From: Camelus dromedarius
Lineage: Eukaryota
Length of the DNA: 64,000 bases
Direction of reading: 5' to 3'
Assembly: GCF_036321535.1 (NCBI RefSeq)
Contig: NC_087457.1
Span: 29,140,001-29,204,000, forward strand
Shown piece after piece: positions 49,087-59,960 of this stretch. A model generated the notes under the pieces. The model had not been told where the DNA came from. It made no database searches and saw only the letters and a list, made by a program, of their open reading frames with translations. The translations under genes were made by a program, and so were the position numbers. Positions within the stretch are counted from its first letter, which is position 1. Each line of letters begins with the position of its first letter.

Positions 49087-49300
49087 TCACATTTATGAAG
49101 TGCTTACTAAATGGCAGATACCAGGTACTCTATCATATCAGTTAGCTTCTTTAAATCTCAGAGTGCTTCTCTGAGACAGAGTCTGTGCTTGCCTAGATGA
49201 CCCACATGTGTGAACTGAACTACACAGAGGGCAAATAAATGCACAAAGTCATACGAATAACCAGTGGTTGAGCTGGATTGTGACCCCAGGAAGTCTCAGG
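49086..49300 (-). mobile_element. MIR SINE (3' end abuts the TAA array)
   Basis: CTCACATTTATGAAGTGCTTACTAAATGGCAG...CACAAAGTCATACGAATAACCAGTGGTTGAGCTGGATTGTGACCCCAGG. Confidence 0.7.
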
Positions 49301-49409
49301 CTAGCACTACGCTCATTTCCAATCCACTGTCACTATTTTTCTCCATGTGAGAACCATAAAGGTAATAATCTTACTCAGAGAAGAAGCAAACTGAGAAAAT
49401 AAAAGATAA

Positions 49410-49545
49410 ATGGAAGCTGAGCCGTAGTGCCTAAAGTCTGCTCCAGCTCTGAACATTTCAGTTTCAAAAATAAACCCTCTTTATTGTCTAAACCAGTTTA
49501 AATTAGGTATTTCTGTTACTTGTAGCTAAAAGCATCTTACTCTAC
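49410..49545 (+). mobile_element. MLT1 LTR 3' end
   Basis: AATAAACCCTCTTTATTGTCTAAACCAGTTTAAATTAGGTATTTCTGTTACTTGTAGCTAAAAGCATC terminal motif. Confidence 0.65.
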
Positions 49546-50299
49546 TAATCCATGCCAGGAAGACAGAGTCACAAAGAGCAGATCTTAGTATGCTGATGTG
49601 GTGGAGCGAAAAAGGGAGAGCACAGGGCTCTGATGGCATCTTTACCCTGGGTGGGCATCTGGTAATGCCTGTTACAGACTGACAATTAGTGACTCTCATC
49701 TCCCTTCTTGCCCCTGTGGTTATTTGACGGAACAGTGCAAAGTCACTGAGTGCGTGGCTTTCCCTCCACCTCAATGCTGTAGGAGGAGATCAGTTCAAGG
49801 GAAGATAAGGAAGGACTTGTGCTCGACGTCATGGAAGCGGCTGTCTCTCCCTCTTTCTGCACATCAAGAAAAGAATTATGCTGCTGGCCATTTTTGTCTA
49901 CGGGGAAAGATACCTGCAGTTGAAGTCACACTTGGAGACATGCAGAATCAAAAGTTCTGAAAGGAAACAAAGGAGGAGGCTTCATTTGACTCTCCTACTT
50001 TAGACATTTTTGGTTACATGAGCCATTTCCCTCCCTTCACCATCTATGACACGGTCAGATGGGTTTTGTGGTGCTACGCACTCTTCTTTTTCTCGCCAGC
50101 GTCATCTAGTTTAATTTGGTCCTTCTCCTCTCCTTTTGTGTTCCAATTATTTATAAGCTTAGCCTCCTATGCAAGTTGTCATGGTGATGAGAAGTGAAGC
50201 CATGCCTCTTGAGGATGGAGAAAGGGTCAAAGAAGTGCTGACCACGATAGTCCACCATATTATCTAAAAGCTATGGTCCCAGATTTAATTTTTCTATTT

Positions 50300-50740
50300 C
50301 TGGGAAATAAATTACTCCAAACCTTAGTGGGTTAAAGCAGCAGCCACTGATTACTTCTCCTCACATTGTGTGTTAACTGGGAGGCGTTCCTGCCGCACAT
50401 CGTGATGCTGGCTAGGTTGCTCACGCAGATGCATTCAACTGGAATCCTGGCTCAGTTTTCCTCCATGGGACCACATTCCTCATGTGGAGTTTTAGCCTCC
50501 AGGACCTCTCCCTCCAGCATGATTTTCTACAGCATGAAACCGGTCCCATGAGGGCATATTTCAGGAAGGCAAGCCCCAGTGGGCAATGTTTATCAAGCCT
50601 CTGCTGAGACCGTTCTTGCTAACACGTAACAGCCAAGGCAAATGGCGCGGCCAAGCCCAAAGTCAACGTCAGGAACTCCACAAGGGTATGATGGAGTGGG
50701 TGGGGAGTCCACTGGGGGTCACCACCGTGACATCCACTGT
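50300..50740 (-). mobile_element. MLT1 LTR (old subfamily)
   Basis: AAATTACTCCAAACCTTAGTGGGTTAAAGCAGCAGCC...GGCCAAGCCCAAAGTCAA antisense MLT1 signature. Confidence 0.65.
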
Positions 50741-51129
50741 AGATAATGAGACCTTGTGCAGTTCGCATTAGCATCCCCGAACAGTTCTATCTAAAGCCCA
50801 TCAATTCCTCTGACTTTGGTCACATCCCTGACATCTCCCTTCAGTTATCAGAGCTGCAGTATAATCAGTAATCTTCATCACACAGAAGGGATGTGGGTGA
50901 GGGAACAGAGATAAAAGCCCATTTGATCAGACCTCCCCTTTATCTGACTAGTTTGAGTATATTTCTTCCTTGCAACCCAAATATCCCTAAACACCACAAA
51001 TGAAAATCTTACTTTTTGTAATGGAAATGAATGTTTTATTTGGCAGAACTTTAATTAGAATGCCTTACTGGTCCTGCTGTTTAAAAACGTATTATTAATG
51101 ATGCTCAGTAACATGCGAGGTGATTTCCC

Positions 51130-51290
51130 ATGAGCTAGATCACCGGATTTTATCCTCAACTTTGTGTCACAGATATCTTTTTTTTTCTCCTTTTACATTT
51201 GAGGAAATTGGGACTTGGCACATTTAATAACTCATCAATGTCACATGAGGAGAAAGTGGAAGAGCCAGTATTTGAAAGAAGATTGCAAGT
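51130..51290 (-). mobile_element. MIR fragment
   Basis: CCTTTTACATTTGAGGAAATTGGGAC...AAGTGGAAGAGCCAGTATTTGAA. Confidence 0.6.
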
Positions 51291-54200
51291 GTATTTTTCT
51301 AAAATTAAATGACAGAAACCAGGTAATCTGACAGACGCATTTTGACTAAGATTCATTCATTACTAAAGCCTCACCCCACAAAACCACAACCACCGGCCTC
51401 TGGATACAAAGTGACGTAGCTTTGACATTTGCAATCCCACTGGCCTGTGTGGACCGAAGCCTCCTGGCTGGCGGCACACCTGTGCCTTTGCTCTGACAGC
51501 TCTGTCTCTGTCCTCTTTCTAAGTATCCTCACTTCTGGAGGGAACGGTTCATCATTCCTTTTCTCGGGCTCCATCGGCATGCCTTCACTTAACCTCAGAG
51601 TCCATTTGTTATGTGTTTATAAGACAGGCCATGCCTTGTCACCCTTGCCAAAAGGAAGATTGTTTTATAAATGAGTTTGGCCCCTCTCAGGGAAAGTAGA
51701 TTAAGGTCTGCTCTCTCACATTTCTGAGTTACGCATCTTTAAGCCTAAAAATCAGTCAAGAAAGCAGGTCAGCAATGGGGCCAGGTGCACAGAACATGAC
51801 TGGAAGCGCCCTGAGATCAAGGTGCAGGGTGCAAAGGCAGCAGGAAACAGGAAGTGAGATCTGAATAAAGGCCAATCCACATTCCAAACTGCAAAACATC
51901 TCACTCAAAACCAGCACCTCCAGTCAAGGACAAAGATGAGAGGCAGACAGACTGAAGGGTCAAGGTTATAGACTCTGACGTCGGAGGCTGCAGTTAGATC
52001 ACAAGCAGGAATGCGTGTATCTGAGGTCTTATAGGTCCAAGAGTATTTTATTTTTAGCTTTGTTTCCTTAATTCCCTCAGGGTTAATAATTTGATAGACC
52101 AATCATTGAAGGAGAAATATTGCTTTAATAATTTCGTGGATGATCCGTACGTTTTTATCTTCTCACGAAAACCTGTACTCCTTTCTACTGTATTTCCGCA
52201 AAAATCACTGAATCATTTGACTTTCACGACCAAAAATACGACAGGTCTATAGTGAGCACGTATTAATCTCAACATTTACTTGTGCGCCTATAACATTTCA
52301 TTTTCAAATACATAGTCAGAGGGGAGAGAAGTGAACGATGTTTCTTACTGGTGTGAAGGGGCTAGAATGCAATCTCCAGTGTTTTATCTCTCAAGTGACT
52401 TTATAAAATGTACTTACACTTTTACTCTCGAATATAATTTTAACTATACAATCTGTTAAGAACATTTATATAAATGTTTCTCACCTCAAGGAGGCTCTGT
52501 ATTTAGGATTCAGATCTCCGTAAGTATCACCAAACAAATATGAGTCATCTTTATTCTTAATCCAATACTGTTTGTTTTAGGGGACTGGTTCTAAACAGAA
52601 GGATCTCTCCTAGGCGGTTAGATTAATCAGGATGCTATTCTGTATTGCCTAGAGCAGTGTGCTTAGTAATTGGGTACTCCGTCTTCCCCATCACAGTGAC
52701 AGTGGATGGAATCAGTACACTTGCCATGAAGAAGTTTGTTTCTGCCTGAGCTCAGGGAAAATTTGACTACTTCTACCAGATTAGCATCCATTTGAAAATA
52801 AGTTATTCCTGTAATCATCGACAGAACCTAAAAGCCTGCTAGGCCTTCCTGAGGGAATTGTTGCTGCAGTGAGAAGAAAGGGGAGGTCAGGGAGGGAGGG
52901 CTGGGGAGACATTCGCAGGGGGGTGATAAGGGAAGAAATCTTGGAGATGGCCTGCCTTCCTTTCCTGCCCAGGAGGGTGTACAGCAAGCATCATTCTGCT
53001 TATAAATTGGGAGACAGAACCAAATCATTACCTTCGTGTCGGCATATGGCTTAATGCTGCAGAATGGCGATGTAAAATGCTGACATGCTAATGTGCCACA
53101 CAGGGCTATTGTGAGCGGAAAAGAAAACACCAGGGCACTTTGCATAGCTTTCGTAAAGCAGAGTATTTGCAGCTAATGAAAGTTTTAAGACAGAAGTTAA
53201 CAGTTCAAGTGTGACTTTCATCATGATCGCTGCTGGGTGTAAAACTAACTGCCACTGCGTCCTGGAAAAGGCCATTTTATGTCCATGTCCCCATATGCAT
53301 GTCTTGTCTAATACACACACAGGTAGATATCTGCACATACATATATTACACTTAATTCATTTTCATTAATTATTAACAGTCATATTTTTATCACAGTCCT
53401 CTTTATACACTGCACAAAGAAAGAACAGACTTCTTTTCAGAGTTAGAAGTGTCAATGGCATAACCTCTCAGACTATGAGTAATTTTGTCTTCTAAAATGC
53501 TAAGATTTTTTCTTCACAACTGCAGGCTCTTTTGCTGTCTCACCATTTCCCTCATTGTGCTACTTGCAAAATAACTCTAGAGAAAAAGAAAAGTGTCTTT
53601 GTTTCAGCTTTGTTTTTGTTTCTTATCTCCAGTTTTACCACCCTCTATTCTCACCACAGAAATAAAAAGACGGAAACAAAATAAAACACAAAAGTCGCCT
53701 GTGTGAACCATAAGGCTTCATCTAACTCCTTCTCCAATCAGAAGTTTTCCTGCTCATCTGCTAATGTATAATTTAGGATAAATAATGAAGTACTTCTCTG
53801 TCACTAGTAATCCTTTTTTATGGGCTTTTCATTAATAACTATTACATAAGTAGAGAAGTATAGATTACTTTTCTATCACAGTCATTTCTATTTGAATTTT
53901 CAGAGGTAGCACCTTGTTATAAAGGACTCTGACATTTATATGGTCTTGTCCTCCAAAAGGCATGGTACGCGCTCCTCCTAAAAGAAAAGAGCTGGTCCTC
54001 TTAGACACTTCTTTTTTAGACCTTCCGAGTTCACATTCATGACTATTTAACTTATATAAACATAAAATGTCAAAATGATTAAATAGACTTAAGACGTTCT
54101 CACGAGCATCTTCTACTATGCCTGCTCCTTGCCTTCACTGGAACTCCTTTGAAGCGTATTTTCAGACACTATTGCAAATGCCTTTTCTTAAGAATTTTTT

Positions 54201-54829
54201 TGAACTAACGATTCTTCCCCAATGAATACAAAAGAAAACTATGACTGGAATTTTGATCAATGGATCATTCTATCTATCGTTCAGTATGCACAAAGTTCCC
54301 CTCTTAGTTTTGCTGAAATTAGGTAATTTCCTTTTTTATAATGATGGCTTTACAGAAGAAAGTAGGATCAGCTTTCCTCTCCAGCCAACAGCAACTGAAG
54401 TTTATATATTAATTAGGACCTTTTACCATATGAACAGGTACATTTTTCTCTTTCTAAATTTGCATTTTAAACTCTCTGCTGACCACATCTTTGCTCAAAT
54501 GAACACCTTCTTTCATTATTACAATAGAAGAACCGTGTCATTTGTAATGATGGTCCAGTTTGCCACAGGTGGTTACAGTCTTTCAAGCTACGTTCCTACA
54601 AATTCTTCAGCATTAGTTTTGTTATTTATTTGCTTGTTTCAGTCTGTGCACGTGATTACTATAGCCCAGCTGTCAACTCATCTTTCTAACGCTCCCTTTC
54701 TTCAATGACAGGTTAACTGAAAGGCACTCATTATACCAGCACTTCACAGAAAAAAAGAAAAACGTTGGTACAATGACTAAAACCAAGATTCTTACAGTTA
54801 AAAGTCACCGATGGCACGGTAACTATCAT

Positions 54830-55020
54830 AGATCAGGGACTACATTCATTACTTTGCAGGAATTATCTTCATCCTTTATAAGACTCTGTAAGGTTGACAT
54901 TAGTCCCATTTTATAGCTACAACATCTAATGAGTAGACAGGTGGTATACTTTGCTAAGTCTGTAGAGCCCTTGAGAGTTAGGGAAGGACTCTGGACTCAT
55001 TTTACACTCGACACCAAACT
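54830..55020 (-). mobile_element. MIR SINE
   Basis: CATCCTTTATAAGACTCTGTAAGGTTGACATTAGTCCCATTTTATAG antisense MIR. Confidence 0.6.
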
Positions 55021-55420
55021 CAAGGGCCCCTTCCAATCCTCACATATAGAATTCTCTGAATAAGATGAGTTAAAACAAAACAAAGGAAAGCGACACATAT
55101 TAGCAATAACAAAGATAACATAAGAGAAGATCACTCTGGGGAAGCAAAGGAAAATGGTTTCACTTCTAGTGAGAGGGATACAGAGAGGTGTCTGGGAAAA
55201 AATACAGTGTTTAAGAAGTTCCTTGGAGAACATGATGGTAATGATTATGCGAGGGTAGGAGGACAGGTTAGGAGTAAATTGTGATTTAAAATAGAGAAGT
55301 AATGATTGGCGACTAGACAGCAATCTTGTCTTGTAAAACCACGGACATCAATAACCTAAGTATTAGCTTACTCTTAATAAAAGTGTTTAAGCTAGCAGTC
55401 ATAATTTTATCCACTGGTAT

Positions 55421-55432
55421 ACACACACACAC

Positions 55433-55464
<32 letters not shown>
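55421..55464 (+). repeat. (CA)n microsatellite with one CG interruption
   Basis: Direct read. Confidence 0.9.
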
Positions 55465-55468
<4 letters not shown>

Positions 55469-55699
55469 TGGCACATTCATTACATTAAATAAAAACTATT
55501 CATTTTGTATCCACAATATTTCCCCTTCGGAAAAGTAACCTTCTTTTGACGAACGTCGTCTCATCTTCTGTTAAGTCTCCTTTACAGACCACATACTCCT
55601 GCAATTATTCCATTTGGTATTGTTCTCAGTCGGTGTTATTTGGAGCACATACTTTAGAAAAGGAAACAAAGAGGAAGGAAGCTAAGATTACACATCCTC

Positions 55700-55870
55700 T
55701 AATGTATGTAGAAAGTGCTTCACAGTTGCTTTCTCATTTAATTCTCAAAATTACTCTAAGAGAGAAGCATCAGGAACCCAATTTGGCAGTCCGACACTGA
55801 GTGGCTAAGGACAGTCAGGAAGTTGTAAAATTAAAATCTGAACCCAAGTCCATCTCTTTCTCCTGCACCC
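55700..55870 (-). mobile_element. MIR SINE
   Basis: TCTCATTTAATTCTCAAAATTACTC...AAAATCTGAACCCAAGTCCATCT. Confidence 0.55.
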
Positions 55871-57029
55871 AAAGGCTCGACGTAAGAGAGTTTTAAGAAA
55901 CAGCTGGCCATTGATGGCATCCAGAGCTACTTGAATATTAGGAAGAATAAGGGCGGGGGAAGATGTAATTATTAGAAAGGGGTTTCAAGAATTAAAGAGT
56001 GAAGGAGTATAAGGAAGTAGAGAGAGTGGATGTAACCTGAGAAGTCGGCAGGAAAGGCAGGGATCTCTTTGGGGATCAACAGAAGTTCTGGAAAAAAATT
56101 ATGTTTTTATTCCTTTAGCGTTCAGAAATTCTTAGTAATTTTATAGGAAGAAGCCAAGAAGACAGATTAAAGATTTGAACAAAAGAAGTGAGAACTGATG
56201 TGCTTCTGTACTTCATATGAATTAGTTCTTGTTCTTTGAACAAGAAAGAAAGTTGTAGCTAACCTATAGTATGCACTGGACCTTCAAGGGCTCTTTGATT
56301 CAGGGTTGACCAAGAAGCAAAAGTAGAATGAAAGCGGAGACAGACTGAAGCAGAGCAGATGAGAAACCAGGTGGAGGAAGTCCTGAGAGATGGAGAACAG
56401 GATTACTTCCTGGCAGCATCTCATTCAGTTTCCAAGATTCCTCTCAGTAGGTCCTATCCTGTGGCATCTCATGATGTTATCTGTTGCCAAGTGACTCAAA
56501 GTTAAGTCTCTTCTACTTGAGTTCATTTGATGGATTTTTGTTTCTTGAAACAAAGGATTGTCGGATAAAAGAGGTGTAAGATTCACGTCTCATGTAACAT
56601 TTAGGGAAATAGTTTTCAGAAGAAAAAAATGAAGTTACAAGTTCATATAGTAAATTACATGTCTTTCTTCATTTCTCTGAAAAAAAGAAGATACAGCAAC
56701 AAAAAGGCAAAGGTGATGAACGAGGGTAAGAAAAACCATGAGATGGGAGAATGGGGTTTGGGGGACACACAGAGATAGGACAAAGAACATAAATCTTACA
56801 AAGAAAAAAAGACTTTATACAATGAGAAGATTTGGCAACAATTTATCCTGTTTACCTCCCATGAGGATCAGCAGAATACAATCTGCTCATCGCAATGTAT
56901 TTCTCATGAAGTTGCAAATTAGGGCAGCTCTGACTTACACAGACAACTGGTTCACATTTTAACAGGGTTATCTTCCTATAAAATCATTTAACTACTGAAA
57001 TTATTAACCATCCTGATATCACTACTCTC

Positions 57030-57525
57030 GGTACACAGTGAATGCCTAGCATCTACTTCCCTTCCTAATACAACCCCAAATTTTCTTGGGGTGATAACTA
57101 TCCTGGGTGTAGTCTAGATGAAACAGTTGTTCCTAGAACCCCTTTCCATTATGGGAGACATGGGGGCCAGATTTCCTCCTGATGTGGCATGTGGATGTGA
57201 CCTCAGCTTGTCAAATTAATGCTCTCAACTGCCCTCTGGATTTTAAGCAGTGCCCATGGACAAAGGATAGAGTAGAAGAATATTTATTCTAAGGCAAATG
57301 GTGATTGTAGAGGCAGCAGTGTTAGTCTCTGACTGGGTTATTCAGATTTCCAGAAACTGACATGCTGCTTCTTTATTTCTTGCAGAACTTGGGTTCTAGC
57401 TTTGGGTCCTACTATTCCTAAGTCTGCTCATGAGCCCACCAGTACTCTTCCAACAAGTGATGTTTGCCTTAGATGGGTCCAACTTGGCTTCTGTTTGTTA
57501 CCAGAAACTCATCTTTTCACCAGAA
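57030..57525 (+). mobile_element. Old ERVL/MaLR LTR (LTR16/LTR33/MLT1-like)
   Basis: GAATGCCTAGCATCTACTTCCCTTCCTAATACAACCCCAAATTTT start and TTGGCTTCTGTTTGTTACCAGAAACTC end. Confidence 0.5.
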
Positions 57526-58303
57526 ACCCGTAACTCTGAAACTCTACTTTATTTTCCTATCAGGACGCTTCGGAAAGATGCATGGCATCATTTTAGAAAT
57601 GAATTTATGAGTTTATAAGACGTTGTTATCTAAACTGTATTCTGCAATATAGTACATGAGGTGAATACGAACAGCCACACTTGTCTTCATGGACACAGGC
57701 ATACCTTCTAACTCTTCTGTTGAGATGTACCACATCTACCATGCATCATTCTAAGCAGCAAAGGCTACCGTCTCTCAGAATAAAGCTGTAAACTTCCTCT
57801 AAGGAAAAAACACACTCATACACTCATTCTAATGCCAAATTTGAGACAGGGTATTTCAATGTGGAACACACGATCCTGGAATCAGAGCATGAAGACAAGA
57901 AACTCCTACATCTTAAATGCTACTTTCAGGGAATGGTTACCTGTAATCTACTGGCTAAGACTTGTCTACACCTGCTGCCTGTTACCAAATCGTATCCAAT
58001 GCTTCCAAAAACTGATGGACATGTGGTGGTGGCACTACGATCTTTTAAAACTTCCAATTTGGTAAAATTTCATTTCCTTTAGAAGTACTATTTATGTGTG
58101 TTTTCCTCTTCATGTGTAAAAGAAAAAGTCAAAAATACCTATTTTGCACTAATAATGTATTGCTTTTTAAGCTTCAGGCGCACCAAGCTTCCTCAGCCTA
58201 ACCTTTCAACCCCCTTATAGTGACTCAGATGATAAGTAGATGCCATCTTTCATTCTTAGATCATGTGTGTATTCATTTTTTTTTTTTTTTAGTAGCTATG
58301 CAC

Positions 58304-58756
58304 TGTGATGGGTTGAATCGTGTCCTCCAAAGATATGTTGAGTGCCCAAACACTGATGCCTGTGAGCGTGACCTTTTTGGAAAAAGGGTCTTTGTAAATG
58401 TTGTCAAGGATGGGCTCATGAGGGTGGGCCCTAACCCAGTGAGACTGGTGTCCGTATAAGAAGAGGAAAATGCCATGTAGAGACAGAGACACAGGAGGGC
58501 AGAAAGCCATATGAACGGAGGGAGAGACTGGAGCGTTGCAGAAGCAAGCTAACATCACCATGAAACACTGGCAACCATCACAGCCAGAAATTCAGGGAAG
58601 GATTTTCCCCTACAGGTTTCAGAGAGAACATGGGCCTGCTGACAAATTGATGTCTGACTTGTGGGCCCCAGATCTATGAGGCAATACATTTCTGTTGTTT
58701 GAAGCCACCCGCTTTGTGGTACTCTGTAGTGTCTGTGGCCCTAGGAAACCGACACA
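58304..58756 (+). mobile_element. MLT1B/C-type MaLR solo LTR (complete)
   Basis: Starts TGTGATGGGTTGAATCGTGTCCTCCAAAGATATGTTGA; ends ATACATTTCTGTTGTTTGAAGCCACCC...GCCCTAGGAAACCGACACA. Confidence 0.9.
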
Positions 58757-59779
58757 CATCTCCGAATGAAAACATTCCCACATCCATCACATCACTTTTC
58801 CGAAAATGTGTTCCCATTCCACCCCCTCACCAGCAAACACAAGTCAGAAATTAGTCTCACTCTTTCTTTCCCTTAGAATAGCCTTTTCAATAAGTCATTT
58901 CACAATTCAAATAATCTTCTTATTTTTAAGTCCTCAGGGCAAATAAAAGGATGATTAAATATTTCTGTATTGTTAGTAAACTATTGTGTGGATTTCAGTC
59001 TATCTCCATGAGAACATTAGTTTCTCAGTGATAACATAATCTTTTTAAATTATTTAATAACCTCATCAGGCACACTATACAAAAAGACAGTTAACTCTAT
59101 TAAACAAAACTTCCCAGAGGAGAATTACTATCTATGTATCTCAAATGCCTCCTATGCAGGAAGCCAAACACCCTGAGACTCTGAGTCTCCTGTCTCTGAT
59201 ACAAGAGCCTAAGAATTTTTTTAATTGTAAACTTTTGCCATTTACATATCTAGACCAAATTAAAAAAAAAAACAAAAACAAATACTCTATTCTACAGACA
59301 CCAGGCTCTATTTTTCTGTGATGTTTCCAGATTGATCAGTCTGCCACCTCAGCCTACAACACACTTATTCACAATATCAAATATAAATTTCTGTAAATGA
59401 CAGTCAAGTGTAAGAAACACAGATTGGTGTGATAGTTATTTCCCAGCCTGCATATATTTCTAAGTTGGATGTATTAAATCTGAGCACACTTTCCCATTAA
59501 AATAACACTGTAATTTTCCACTAAATACATAAGGATCAAAATGGTCCATTTAACGCAGCATTTATCAAGCATCTCCTAAGAACAAAAACCACTATTAGAG
59601 ATAATAGCAACGTTAAAACTGAATAGCACCTCCTCCTTGGAAAAGTTCATAGCCTAAAAGTTAAGCATGAGAATCTGAGTTGAGATCTGAACTGTAGTCT
59701 GTGCCTCAGGGCCCCTGGATCCCAGCCTACAGCGTGAATGGGGTTTGCAAGCGACATCTCTGTGGCCGGCGAAACATGC

Positions 59780-59960
59780 TCATGTTCATATCCTGAATCT
59801 GCCTCTCAGTGATCATGGGCAAATTAAATTACTTAACTTAGTTTTCTCATCTTTGGCAAAGTAAAATAATAAATACCCTGCCTTGCAGGGTTTGTGTGAG
59901 GATTTGCAGGTAAAAAATTTGCAGTATGGGCACACAGAAGTTAATAAAGCAACACCAAAG
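59780..59960 (+). mobile_element. MIR fragment
   Basis: TCCTGAATCTGCC...ATGGGCAAATTAAATTACTTAACTTAGTTTTCTCATCTTTGG...GGTTTGTGTGAGGATT. Confidence 0.6.

Noticed and set aside
48851-49090. Poly-tyrosine ORF
   Set aside because: Translation of the (TAA)25 microsatellite on the minus strand.
54241-54708. Longest N-free, non-repeat ORF (155 aa, + strand)
   Set aside because: F/L/I/Y-rich composition typical of AT-rich non-coding DNA; no recognisable domain or convincing splice context.
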